In this document: one piece after another, positions 1-9,227 of the stretch
Position numbering within the stretch: position 1 is the first letter of the stretch
Layout of the letters: each line of letters opens with the position of its first letter
DNA from: a bacterium
Lineage (GTDB): Bacteria; Patescibacteriota; Microgenomatia; UBA1400; UBA12108
DNA: 56,576 bases
Direction: 5' to 3'
Assembly (NCBI GenBank): GCA_043809365.1
Contig: JAZDDW010000003.1
Span: 1-56,576 of the forward strand
Notes under the pieces: generated by a model
Database searches by the model: none
Told to the model about the DNA's origin: nothing
What the model saw: only the letters and a program-made list of their open reading frames with translations
Made by a program: the position numbers and the translations under genes

Positions 1-1023
1 AAAAAAGCTCTGATTGTCAGCCCCTACTTAGATCATCTGGGGGGAGGGGAGCGCTACATGCTCTCGGTAGCCTCAGTGCTGGAGTCACTTGGTCACGACA
101 TTTATTTTGCCTGGGACAATCTCGAAGAAATTTATACTCTCTCGAATATGCTCGGCATTCACTTAAACAATTCTCACCTAGACCCCTCAATAAAAAAATT
201 GTACATTGGTCATAGACCATTGGCCATGTTCCTTGCTACCCGTCCCTACAATGTAGTCGTGTACTTATCCGATGGTTCAATCCCGCTCCTCGGGGGCAAG
301 CACAATCTCCTTCATATGCAGGTTCCCTTTCACGGGGTAGGAGGCAAATCCTGGCAAAATCAACTCAAAAAACGACTCATCTCAACTGTGCTCGTCAACT
401 CTCATTTCACCAAGCAAATCATTGATACTGAATTTGGGCTCAACTCAACCATTCTCTATCCACCTGTCACCCCAATCAAGTCTAGCCCCAAAGAAAAACT
501 CATTTTGTCCGTTGGCCGCTTTGAGCCGTCTCTCAACACCAAGCATCAAGACGTTTTAATTGAGGCTTGGCGTGCTCTCTCCTCACAATTGCCGGGATGG
601 AAGCTAATCTTGGCTGGTGCTACCAGTAGTGAAGACTGGGTTAATCATCTACGCAAACTCGCCGAAGGGCTCCCCATCGAATTTATTATTAATGCTGGCT
701 ATGATGAACTCTGTAAGCTGTATGCCGTAAGCCAAATATATTGGCACGCCGCTGGCTACCAAGTAGACGAAACAAAAAATCCCGAACTCACCGAGCACTT
801 TGGGATCAGCACGGTCGAAGCAATTTCTGCCGGATGTGTCCCTCTCGTTGTCCCCGTAGGAGGTCAAAAAGAAATTGTACAAGACCCTGCTCTGCACTGG
901 GCAACTATCGAAGAATTAATCACCAAAACTATCTGGCTCTCCCAAAATCCGCAAACTATTCAGCTTGACATCTCTTCCTATTCAGTCGAGAATTTTACCG
1001 AGCAACTCAAAAACATACTATGA
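1..1023 (+). CDS. Glycosyltransferase family 4 (GT-B fold), 5' end outside window
   Basis: Frame 1 is open from nt 1 (KKALIVSPYLDHLGGGERY precedes the first ATG at 58), so the start is upstream of the window. C-terminal EHFGISTVEAISAGCVPLV is the GT4 E-x7-E region. ATGA overlap with the next gene. Confidence 0.8.
   Translation, partial: KKALIVSPYLDHLGGGERYMLSVASVLESLGHDIYFAWDNLEEIYTLSNMLGIHLNNSHLDPSIKKLYIGHRPLAMFLATRPYNVVVYLSDGSIPLLGGKHNLLHMQVPFHGVGGKSWQNQLKKRLISTVLVNSHFTKQIIDTEFGLNSTILYPPVTPIKSSPKEKLILSVGRFEPSLNTKHQDVLIEAWRALSSQLPGWKLILAGATSSEDWVNHLRKLAEGLPIEFIINAGYDELCKLYAVSQIYWHAAGYQVDETKNPELTEHFGISTVEAISAGCVPLVVPVGGQKEIVQDPALHWATIEELITKTIWLSQNPQTIQLDISSYSVENFTEQLKNIL
204..231 (+). repeat. 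Heptad array I (CAT phased every 7 bp, 4 units)
   Basis: CATTGGT CATAGAC CATTGGC CATGTTC, with CAT at 204, 211, 218 and 225. Inside the GT4 gene, read as YIGHRPLAMF. Confidence 0.9.
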
Positions 1024-2276
1024 CTATTAAACAAATTATCACTTCAAAAATATTTTTGTTCGGACTCTTGATCCGATTACTACTTATGCCCTTCACCGGT
1101 CACTGGGATATCCGGGGGATTAATTTTGCAGTCTACAACCTCCCCTTTAAAGGTATCACCAATGTTTACGAAGTAGCCGCAAGTGGCCCAGTTGATTACG
1201 CCGTCAATGTCAATTTTGGGCGTGACTACTTTATCTATCCTCCACTTACCTACTTTACTCTGGGAGGAGTCATGACCGCTCTCAAACCATTCTATGGCGG
1301 TGAGTTTGTCCGCTGGATAGAAGGATATGGTAACGATCTCCTCTCCGTCATTACTCATCCCCACGTTTGGCGCTATCTCTTTTTAATGAAGATACCATAT
1401 CTGTTATTTGATTTTTTGGCGCTCTTTTTTCTCTTACGTTTTTTCTCCAAAGAGTCTGAGCAAAAGCTCGCTCTCAAATACTGGTGGCTCAATCCAATCG
1501 TGATCTATTTGCCTTACGTGTGGGGTCAATTTGATATTATCCCAACCGCCCTGATGTTAGTTGGAGTTTGGTTGGGAAGTAAAAATAAACCCTACACTTG
1601 TGCACTGTTATTTGGTTTGGCGGCGTCATTTAAAAATTATCCTCTCTTACTTTTACCCTTCTTAGCAGTGATCTTGGGCAAAAATCTGTGGCAGATGGCT
1701 AAACTTTTCTTTGTCGGGCTCTTGCCCTTTATTCTCACTACCATGCCATTTTGGTCTCACGCTTTCTTTCGCAGTACTGTCCTCTTCTCCTGGCAATCAC
1801 AGAAGATGTTGGATTTTATGTGGGCCATCGGCGGGTTTGATGGAGTCTACCCCTTCTTTATTGGTTATGCTCTCATTTTCTTGTGGACTGCTTACAAGCT
1901 TCGCGGCAAATTATCTTCGCTCTCTACTCCCATGGTCATGATCCTCCTCTGGTATTATGCCACTACCAACTTCCATCAACAGTGGTTTATGTGGATCATT
2001 CCTTACCTAGTAATCGCCGCTGTTCGCGATGCTCGCTTACGCCTTATCGGCCTGTGGGTAATTGGTTTGTTCTTTTTCCGCCTCTTAGAAATCCAAGCCA
2101 ATGTTACCAATGAGCTCTTGATTTGGCTTGCTCCCGCCTTTGACGATCTCCCTAAATCGCGCTATCTTTTGAGTCTCGCCTACGACATCAATCGCCTACG
2201 TAATCTCGTCAATAGTCTTTTTATGGGTACCGCCTTATTCTTGAGTTGGTATTTAGGGAGAGACAAAAATGCATAG
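1020..2276 (+). CDS. Polytopic membrane protein, GT-C-like (DUF2029/GT87-like candidate)
   Basis: 418 aa, hydrophobic throughout. First-loop pattern HWDIRG...DYFIYPPLTYF resembles DUF2029/GT87 enzymes (recognised from memory). ATGA coupling to the upstream GT4. Confidence 0.55.
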   Translation: MTIKQIITSKIFLFGLLIRLLLMPFTGHWDIRGINFAVYNLPFKGITNVYEVAASGPVDYAVNVNFGRDYFIYPPLTYFTLGGVMTALKPFYGGEFVRWIEGYGNDLLSVITHPHVWRYLFLMKIPYLLFDFLALFFLLRFFSKESEQKLALKYWWLNPIVIYLPYVWGQFDIIPTALMLVGVWLGSKNKPYTCALLFGLAASFKNYPLLLLPFLAVILGKNLWQMAKLFFVGLLPFILTTMPFWSHAFFRSTVLFSWQSQKMLDFMWAIGGFDGVYPFFIGYALIFLWTAYKLRGKLSSLSTPMVMILLWYYATTNFHQQWFMWIIPYLVIAAVRDARLRLIGLWVIGLFFFRLLEIQANVTNELLIWLAPAFDDLPKSRYLLSLAYDINRLRNLVNSLFMGTALFLSWYLGRDKNA

Positions 2277-2799
2277 ATTAGATGTTCACCAACCTCTCAC
2301 TACCTCACTTCTTCACTTCGGTCAAGGTAGTCAGATTTCTCAAACTTTTTATAGTACTCGCAATAATTTGGATATCGTCAGTGTCTGTTTGCGTAATCCC
2401 GATCGGAATCAAATTTCTTTTCCTCTTCAATTTGTCTTGAGTGAGGGGAAACAAGTTGTTCGCAGCCTAGATTTTAGTAGTGCCAATATCGATTTTCAGG
2501 ACTGTACCAAATTTCAGTTTCCGAAAATTGCCGATTCTGCCAACAAAACGTATCAAGTTGAAATTATTGCTCCCAAATCGACCGACCCTCTCCAAATTCG
2601 CCCACTCATTTTGGACGTAGAGGCTCATAACGGTGATCTACATTTCAAAACTTTCTATTATCAATCTATCCAAGATACTTTCGTCGAGTCTCTCCAACAG
2701 ATCCCTCCGCGTATTTTAGCTGATTGGGGATTTTTTGTGATTTGGGGCTCTTTGGTGGGTCTGGTTCTTTCCCGCTTGTTAAAGAGAAATCGTAAGTAA
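2269..2799 (+). CDS. Hypothetical protein with C-terminal membrane anchor
   Basis: 176 aa. About 150 soluble residues are followed by WGFFVIWGSLVGLVLSRLL and a basic KRNRK tail. Overlaps the upstream gene by 8 nt and ends 1 nt before the next gene. GGGAGAG Shine-Dalgarno-like run about 6 nt upstream. Confidence 0.5.
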   Translation: MHRLDVHQPLTTSLLHFGQGSQISQTFYSTRNNLDIVSVCLRNPDRNQISFPLQFVLSEGKQVVRSLDFSSANIDFQDCTKFQFPKIADSANKTYQVEIIAPKSTDPLQIRPLILDVEAHNGDLHFKTFYYQSIQDTFVESLQQIPPRILADWGFFVIWGSLVGLVLSRLLKRNRK

Positions 2800-2800
2800 C

Positions 2801-4156
2801 ATGAAACAAAAAATTTTCCTTATCTTTGTCATTACCTTGGCTGCAATCATGTTGCGTATCTATAACTACGAAGGACGCACAAATTATGGTTGGGATCAAA
2901 CTCGCGATGTGAGTGTACTCGAACAATCACTTAAATCCGGTCATCTTCCTCTCCTTGGCCCGATTGTCCGGGGTGATATTGGTGGGTTTTATTTAGGGCC
3001 ACTCTACCATTACCTGGTACAGCCTGTTTATGCGCTAACTAGTCACAACCCCCTCTCTCTTGTCTGGATATCAATAACACTAGACATTGCCGTAGCCATC
3101 GGTCTCTCAGTTTGGATCTCTCCTTTGGCTGGAATTATCTGGGCAGTATCATCGCTCCTCATCAATTCTTCCCTTACCCCCTGGAACGTCTCACTGGTCC
3201 ATCCTTGGGTGATTCTTGTGCTAGTCTTGGCGACTCGTCTCTTGTCTCATCCTTCGCCACTTCTAATTATTTTATTTCTGCTCATCTTGGCCTCCTCAAC
3301 CAGCATCCATCTCACTCTCCTCCCTGTAGCCGCTGTCCTGCTACTTTATCTCGCTGTCCCCATTTGCCGTGCCACTCGTCATTTCTCTCATTGGCTACTC
3401 TATCTCGTTAGCGTATTCTTACCTCAATTGCCCCTGGTTTTGTCTGATCTCAAAACTAGTGGGAGTAACATCCGTGCATTTAAAGATTATCTATTTGTTA
3501 AATCAAACGAGACTCCCGTCGCCATCTTGGAGTTTGCTCAAGTTCTTATCAATAAAATTGGCTATACCACCTCTCGGTTATTTGTGGGTGAACCATACTT
3601 GGTTCTGGGTTGTCTCTTCTTTTTGATCCTCATTTGCTACGCTTTTATTCATTTGAAGGCAAATATCAAAGTCCAACTTTCCCTTCTCATTATTGTTACC
3701 CTGATCCTTTCCCTCCTTTTGTATCGTGATCCTGGATTTGCCGAATATTATTTAAATGCCATGCTCATCCCCCTCGTCATCCTATCCACTCAACTGCTTT
3801 CTATTTTGCCTCGTCCAGTTATGTACCTCGCCATCGTCCTCGTTGTAGGTCTCAACTTTCACTCCCTAGATTTTCGTACTGGTCCCGGTAGCATGCGCAC
3901 CAAAAAAGATTTACTTACTTCCGCCACTCCCTATCTCCAGGATGGAGTCGAGTTGCGCCTGCTCTTACCAGAATCACAGCAGTTTGGGTTTGCCTACTAT
4001 CTCAATCAGCTAAATATTTCTAACCAATCGGCTAATCGGCTCAAACTTTACGTTGCTGATTCTGGGCTAGACCATATTCCCGCACCTGCAGAAGCACCAT
4101 CAGTGACTTATCAAAATTCTCTGGCCGGATTTAGGTTGGTAGTTTTTAGTAACTAG
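2801..4156 (+). CDS. GT-C fold membrane glycosyltransferase, GT39/ArnT-like
   Basis: 451 aa polytopic protein. N-terminus LRIYNYEGRTNYGWDQTRD...GPLYHYL fits the first-loop acidic motif region of PMT_2/ArnT-like proteins. Confidence 0.55.
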   Translation: MKQKIFLIFVITLAAIMLRIYNYEGRTNYGWDQTRDVSVLEQSLKSGHLPLLGPIVRGDIGGFYLGPLYHYLVQPVYALTSHNPLSLVWISITLDIAVAIGLSVWISPLAGIIWAVSSLLINSSLTPWNVSLVHPWVILVLVLATRLLSHPSPLLIILFLLILASSTSIHLTLLPVAAVLLLYLAVPICRATRHFSHWLLYLVSVFLPQLPLVLSDLKTSGSNIRAFKDYLFVKSNETPVAILEFAQVLINKIGYTTSRLFVGEPYLVLGCLFFLILICYAFIHLKANIKVQLSLLIIVTLILSLLLYRDPGFAEYYLNAMLIPLVILSTQLLSILPRPVMYLAIVLVVGLNFHSLDFRTGPGSMRTKKDLLTSATPYLQDGVELRLLLPESQQFGFAYYLNQLNISNQSANRLKLYVADSGLDHIPAPAEAPSVTYQNSLAGFRLVVFSN

Positions 4157-4158
4157 GT

Positions 4159-4164
4159 TAAAAT
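4159..4164 (+). promoter_or_regulatory. -10-like box abutting a start codon (leaderless-type)
   Basis: TAAAAT, 7 nt before the ATG at 4172. No Shine-Dalgarno sequence. Confidence 0.4.
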
Positions 4165-4171
4165 CATAGTC

Positions 4172-5071
4172 ATGTATCAACCCAAAGTCAGCATTGTCAT
4201 CCCCAGTTGGAACAGTGAAAGTCAGCTCAAACAAAATTTGCCCCATGTCTTCCAAGCCGCCGCCAAGGTCAAGGCAGAGATTGTGGTTGTGGATGATGCC
4301 AGTGCGCATGACTTGTCAGCCGTCTATCTCCGTTCCCTGGGTTCCAAAATCCGCTTCTATGCCAATCCGGAGAATGGGGGGTTTTCCTATACCGTCAATC
4401 GGGGGGTCAAACTCGCCAAAGGGGATATCGTCATCCCCCTAAACACCGACGTGCGCCCCTCCCCAGACTGTTTTGCGAATTGTCTCAAACAGTTTTCTGA
4501 TCCCTCTGTTTTTGCCGTGACTTTTAATAGTGGTGAGGCTTGGGCAGGGGGTGGGTGGGAAGGTGGTCTCCTCCAGCACGCCAAAGTCGAGCCCACTAAG
4601 GAGAATATCAAATTAACTAACCCTAGTCTCTGGGCCTCAGGTGGCCAAGCCGCCTTTGACCGCCAGAAATGGTTGAGTCTGGGGGGGATGGATCTTATGT
4701 ATAAACCTTTCTACTGGGAAGATGTGGACTTGGGCTACCGTGCCTGGAAAAGGGGATGGCGGATCGTCTGGGATCCCCAGTGTAAATGTGTTCACGATCA
4801 CCCAAAGAGTGTGATTGCCAGTAATTTCACTTCTGAATTTGTGAAAGCTACCGCTCAACGTAACCAATTCCTTTTTGTCTGGAAAAATATTCATGAATCA
4901 AGTCTATTCTGGTCTCACCTCTTCAAAATCCCCAGCTTTATCAAAAACTATCCTAGACCATTTTTCGCCGCACTCGCCTTGCTCCCGCAAGCTCTACGTG
5001 GACGCCACATCGAAAAACTCGCCTCTACCTGCAGTGATATGAAGGTTCTATCCCTATGGCAAAACCACTAG
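4172..5071 (+). CDS. Glycosyltransferase family 2
   Basis: VSIVIPSWNSE...IVVVDDASAHD...NTD and WEDVDLGYRAW motifs typical of GT2 (GT-A fold). Confidence 0.85.
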   Translation: MYQPKVSIVIPSWNSESQLKQNLPHVFQAAAKVKAEIVVVDDASAHDLSAVYLRSLGSKIRFYANPENGGFSYTVNRGVKLAKGDIVIPLNTDVRPSPDCFANCLKQFSDPSVFAVTFNSGEAWAGGGWEGGLLQHAKVEPTKENIKLTNPSLWASGGQAAFDRQKWLSLGGMDLMYKPFYWEDVDLGYRAWKRGWRIVWDPQCKCVHDHPKSVIASNFTSEFVKATAQRNQFLFVWKNIHESSLFWSHLFKIPSFIKNYPRPFFAALALLPQALRGRHIEKLASTCSDMKVLSLWQNH

Positions 5072-6861
5072 TTAGTGTCATCATCGTCAACTACAACGCA
5101 GGTCAATTTCTCGCTCGATCGGTCAAGTCCGTAAGCAATTTTCCTGGTGCAGAAGTTATTGTGATCGACAATTCTCCCCCCAATCCCAATCTTGGTTTTA
5201 GTCGAGCAGTCAATCTTGGGGCGGAAAAATGTCATGGTGAATATATTTTTCTCTTGAACCCCGATACTTCTGTAAGCAAAACTGCCCTTGCCAGGATGAT
5301 AACCACAGTCAGGTCCTACCACAATCGTGCGATCATCGCCCCCGCGCTCGTTAATCCAGATGGCACTCCCCAAGCATCTTGTTACCGTCCCCAAACCATT
5401 GGCAACGCAGTCAAAGAATATTGGTTCAACATCAAGGGTGCCTATGGCAAGTACTTGCCAGCAGGTAAATCTCTCCGTCGTGTCCATGCCGCGGTGGCCG
5501 CAGCTTGGCTCATTCCCCGCGCTGTCTGGGAGGAACTGGGTGGATTAAGCCCTCGGTTCTTTCTCTATTTTGAAGATCTCGATATGTGTGACCGCGCGGG
5601 GCATGCTGGTATCCCCGTGATCTACGATCCGCGTGCAAAGGTCATTCACACCCACGGCGTCTCTTCCCGGACCAACCCCATTGTGCTCAAGTTATTTACC
5701 GATTCGGCTTGGGAGTATCACGGACGCCTCAAGAAAATCCTCATTGATTTGATTATCCATGCGCGTGATTTATTTGTTCCGCCTGTCTCTCCGAAAAAAA
5801 CGCTCGGGATTATTCTCCTCTATTCCCTTTTTGTCCTTGGGGTTACTGCGCTTGGGTATTTCTTACTTCCCATGCGCTATGCTCCATCTAGCGCTATAGC
5901 CAGTTTTTATCATCGCAACTTTTTGCTTTGGAGCTGGGCCAACTTTGACGGCGCTCACTATCTAAATATTGCCGTTAATGGTTACCAAACTATTCTGGGT
6001 CAATCCGAATATGCCTTTTTCCCGCTCTTCCCGCTTCTTATAAATTTAGTCAGTAAAACTGGTTTAGATCTTTATTTATCCGCACACCTCGTGAGTTTGC
6101 TCTCTTCAATCGGTTTTATCGTTGTCTTGTTAAAATGGGTGTCAAGCTACCTAAAGAATCCACTTACCTTATTATGGCTCGTATTATTATCTCCGGGCGC
6201 AATTTTTCTTTCCGCTATCTACACCGAACCATTATTTTTGTTTCTCACCGTCCTTACCTTTTATTTTGCCGATAGGGGAGAATCAGGCAAAGCGGTCTTA
6301 ACGACAGCTCTTGCCACAGCGACTCGGATTAATGGTATTTTTCTCGTGTTGTTTTTACTGTTTAAGTTCCGCCGTTCCCTCCTCCCAATCCTTGGGCTCT
6401 CTGGCTTATTTGCCTACATGACTTACCTCTATTTCCAAACAGGGAGTGCCCTCGCTTGGTACTCTGCTCAGTCTGGTTGGGGCAAAGCCAACCCCACAGC
6501 TCCCTGGATCACGCTCGGCAATTACTTTCGCGCGCTCACCTTTGAATTTATTCCCGACTTAACTCACCTGGTTGTCTTAATCGAAGTAATAGTTACTACT
6601 ATTTTTATCTATCTTCTCATTCGTTTTTGGCGGCAAACTAAACTGGATTCTGCTTACAAATATTATGCCCTCGCTACCCTAGCTCTGCCACTCTCCACCG
6701 GTTCTCTCGGTTCTATGCCCCGTTTTTCTCTGACTCTCTTCCCGCTTTTTCTCATGATCCCCATACTCCCTCGCACGTTGCGCATTGTCCATTGGTCATT
6801 GTTCATTGTCATGAGTATAATCGGTATCATCTTGTTTACTCGGGGGTATTGGTATGCTTAA
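5056..6861 (+). CDS. Fusion: N-terminal GT2 domain + C-terminal PIG-V-like (Mannosyl_trans2-like) polytopic membrane domain
   Basis: N-terminal VSVIIVNYNAGQFL...VIDN...FEDLDMCDRA (GT2). From about aa 250 it is polytopic, with WANFDGAHYLNIAVNGYQ...EYAFFPLFPLL, the PIG-V/GPI-mannosyltransferase-2-like signature. Paralogous to 14279-15271. Confidence 0.7.
   Translation: MAKPLVSVIIVNYNAGQFLARSVKSVSNFPGAEVIVIDNSPPNPNLGFSRAVNLGAEKCHGEYIFLLNPDTSVSKTALARMITTVRSYHNRAIIAPALVNPDGTPQASCYRPQTIGNAVKEYWFNIKGAYGKYLPAGKSLRRVHAAVAAAWLIPRAVWEELGGLSPRFFLYFEDLDMCDRAGHAGIPVIYDPRAKVIHTHGVSSRTNPIVLKLFTDSAWEYHGRLKKILIDLIIHARDLFVPPVSPKKTLGIILLYSLFVLGVTALGYFLLPMRYAPSSAIASFYHRNFLLWSWANFDGAHYLNIAVNGYQTILGQSEYAFFPLFPLLINLVSKTGLDLYLSAHLVSLLSSIGFIVVLLKWVSSYLKNPLTLLWLVLLSPGAIFLSAIYTEPLFLFLTVLTFYFADRGESGKAVLTTALATATRINGIFLVLFLLFKFRRSLLPILGLSGLFAYMTYLYFQTGSALAWYSAQSGWGKANPTAPWITLGNYFRALTFEFIPDLTHLVVLIEVIVTTIFIYLLIRFWRQTKLDSAYKYYALATLALPLSTGSLGSMPRFSLTLFPLFLMIPILPRTLRIVHWSLFIVMSIIGIILFTRGYWYA
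6783..6812 (+). repeat. Heptad array A (4 units + 1 off by one)
   Basis: CATTGTC CATTGGT CATTGTT CATTGT CAT, with CAT at 6783, 6790, 6797, 6804 and 6810. At the 3' end of the GT2-PIG-V fusion, about 45 nt upstream of the next start. Confidence 0.85.
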
Positions 6862-8422
6862 GTGGATTATTATTCTTGCGGCTGTTCTACGTTTATTGTG
6901 GCTACCCTCTGTCCCGCCTTCTCTCAACTGGGATGAAGTTTCCATGGGATACACAGCTTACACTGTAGGTGAGACGGGGATGGACGAGTGGGGGAGTCGC
7001 ATGCCCCTCTTGTTTCGCTCCTACGGAGAGTGGAAGTCCGCGGTCTATATTTATCTGTTAGTCCCTTTTATCAAAATCTTGGGGTTAAACGCTTGGGCAG
7101 TGCGCCTACCCTCTGCCCTCGCTGGCATTATAGCTGTTTATCTCACTTATCTCCTAGGCAAAAAACTCTATAGTGAAAAAGTCGGTTTGTGGTCTGCCTT
7201 GTTCCTCGCAATTTCTCCCTGGCACCTGTTACTTTCGCGACCCGCTTTTGAGGCCAATGTCTCCCTCACTCTGATACTTGCTGGACTATATTTTTTTCTC
7301 CAAAATCGATATCTATGGTCAGCCATCTTTTTTGGTCTCGCTCCCCATACCTACAATAGCGCCAAGGTTGTTGTCCCTTTGCTCGCACTTTACCTAATTT
7401 GGTCGACCAAACTCTACAAGAATCTTAAAGCGGTAGCACTTTTTTTGGGCGTGTTAGCTTTGTTTGCTGCGCCCCTAATTATTGATCTATTCTCCGGCCG
7501 CTCCCAATTCCGCTACTCCCAAGTAGGGGTGAGCACCAATCAGACCGCCCTCGCCGAGTTTGTAGACTATCGTCAAAATCCCATGCTCCCCAAAATGGCC
7601 GGCAAGTTAATCTTTAATAAATACACTTATTCTCTCCATCAGTTTAGTGCCAACTGGTTAACCTACTATAATCCTTCCTTTTTACTCCTAGAAGCTGGGA
7701 GTCATAAGCAACATCACGTGCCCTATTTTGGGGTACTTTACTTGGCAGAATTTATTTTTCTATTGGCTGGGCTACGCAGTCTTAAACAATATTCCTCTTC
7801 CACTAAATATCTTCCCTTGATCATCATTGGTTTGGGGATTATCCCTGCCGCCTTGACTCGTGATCAAGGTCATGTCTTGCGTAGTCTCTTGACTTTACCT
7901 GGTTGGCAACTCTTGGCAGGTATTGGAGCCTCGACAATGAAAGTTCCTTGGCGCCGCATTATCCTTTTCCTCCTTGGTATCCAAGCCATCATCTTTATTC
8001 TGGCCTATTTCTTTTGGTATCCCAAGGCCTTTGCGCGAGATTGGCAATACGGTTACAAAGAAGTAGCAGAATATTTGAGTCAACACGAGAGTGAATACTC
8101 GCAAATCGTGATGACCAAATGGTATGGTGAGGGTCAGCTCTTCCTGGCTTTTTACAACCACTGGGATCCTCGCTGGTATATCAAAGCTAACCTTCCCAAT
8201 CTTGAGTACGAGCGCCAGGGCAAGTTATGGCTAGATCAACTGGGGGAATATAGTTTGGGTAAATATACTTTTAAATATCTTGATTATGCCAATGAGAAGC
8301 GGACCAAAGATATTTTGTATATCGGCAAGGCCGATGACTTTTTCGAAAACCCCGCAACCATAAAAACGATATACTTCCCCGATGGTTCCGTCGCCTTTCA
8401 CCTCATGAGGGGAGATAAATAA
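6854..8422 (+). CDS. GT39/PMT_2-family membrane glycosyltransferase (ArnT/PMT-like)
   Basis: LRLLWLPSVPPSLNWDEVSMGYTAYTV...WAVRLPSALAGIIAVYLTYLLGKKLY is the canonical PMT_2 N-terminus. 522 aa with a C-terminal soluble domain. Confidence 0.75.
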   Translation: MLKWIIILAAVLRLLWLPSVPPSLNWDEVSMGYTAYTVGETGMDEWGSRMPLLFRSYGEWKSAVYIYLLVPFIKILGLNAWAVRLPSALAGIIAVYLTYLLGKKLYSEKVGLWSALFLAISPWHLLLSRPAFEANVSLTLILAGLYFFLQNRYLWSAIFFGLAPHTYNSAKVVVPLLALYLIWSTKLYKNLKAVALFLGVLALFAAPLIIDLFSGRSQFRYSQVGVSTNQTALAEFVDYRQNPMLPKMAGKLIFNKYTYSLHQFSANWLTYYNPSFLLLEAGSHKQHHVPYFGVLYLAEFIFLLAGLRSLKQYSSSTKYLPLIIIGLGIIPAALTRDQGHVLRSLLTLPGWQLLAGIGASTMKVPWRRIILFLLGIQAIIFILAYFFWYPKAFARDWQYGYKEVAEYLSQHESEYSQIVMTKWYGEGQLFLAFYNHWDPRWYIKANLPNLEYERQGKLWLDQLGEYSLGKYTFKYLDYANEKRTKDILYIGKADDFFENPATIKTIYFPDGSVAFHLMRGDK

Positions 8423-8424
8423 GC

Positions 8425-8430
8425 TATACT
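8425..8430 (+). promoter_or_regulatory. -10-like box abutting a start codon (leaderless-type)
   Basis: TATACT, 8 nt before the ATG at 8439. Confidence 0.45.
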
Positions 8431-8438
8431 CTAATCAT

Positions 8439-9227
8439 ATGGAGCCTCAAACAGTTAAACTTTCGGTCGCCCTCGCAGTTTATAACGAAGAAGATACTCT
8501 GGGTGAGTGTCTAGAAACTATCAAATCTATTGCAGGTGAGATCGTGATCGTCGACGGACAATCGACTGATAAAACAGTCGAGATTGCCACAAAATATGGA
8601 GCGAAAGTCATAGAGGAGGTCAATCGTCCCAATTTCCACATCAACAAACAGCATGCAATCGATGCCTGTAGCGGTGAGTGGATCCTTCAACTCGATGCCG
8701 ATGAGCGAGTCAGCTCTATGCTCGCCAAAGAGATTAGTACAATTGTGAGTGCACCCGCTAACACTCAACCTGCCGCTTATTACCTCAAGCGTCGCAATTA
8801 CTTCCTCGGCCGCTGGATGACCAAGGGCGGGATGTATCCAGATCCCGTGATCAGACTTTTCCAGCGCGGCCAAGCTAGATTACCCCAAGCCTCTGTCCAC
8901 GAACTTATGGAAGTTACGGGAGCCACCAAGTGGTTATCGGAGGATCTCCTCCACATCGCCGATCCCAATTTTTCGCGTTATTTGTTGCGTAGTAACCGCT
9001 ATACTAGTCTACAAGCCGAGGATTGGTTGAAAGAAGACAAGCTAGGCACTGACACTTGGACTATCATCCAATATATTCTCTTTAAACCTTTTATTCGTTT
9101 CCTTTCAATTTATCTCCGTCACAAGGGTTTTCTGGATGGCTTCCCCGGTTTTATCTTCGCCTGGTATTCGGGTCTTCATATTGCGAGCTCCTATGTCAAA
9201 TATTGGGAAAAGAAGATAGGTCACTAA
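8439..9227 (+). CDS. Glycosyltransferase family 2
   Basis: LSVALAVYNEEDTLGECL...IVIVDGQSTDKTVEIA...LQLDADE motifs. Confidence 0.8.
   Translation: MEPQTVKLSVALAVYNEEDTLGECLETIKSIAGEIVIVDGQSTDKTVEIATKYGAKVIEEVNRPNFHINKQHAIDACSGEWILQLDADERVSSMLAKEISTIVSAPANTQPAAYYLKRRNYFLGRWMTKGGMYPDPVIRLFQRGQARLPQASVHELMEVTGATKWLSEDLLHIADPNFSRYLLRSNRYTSLQAEDWLKEDKLGTDTWTIIQYILFKPFIRFLSIYLRHKGFLDGFPGFIFAWYSGLHIASSYVKYWEKKIGH

Noticed and set aside
9203-9226. N-terminal extensions implied by the ORF-track starts at 9203 (TTG), 17144 (TTG), 34564 (TTG), 36937 (TTG), 48472 (GTG), 11497, 12513, 15163, 20045, 22290, 32838, 41777 and 49454.
   Set aside because: The extensions run through the preceding gene. Downstream ATG or GTG codons give ATGA, GTGA or TAATG coupling or sit behind a Shine-Dalgarno or -10 box, and they start the protein at the conserved N-terminus. 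Starts remain unverified predictions.
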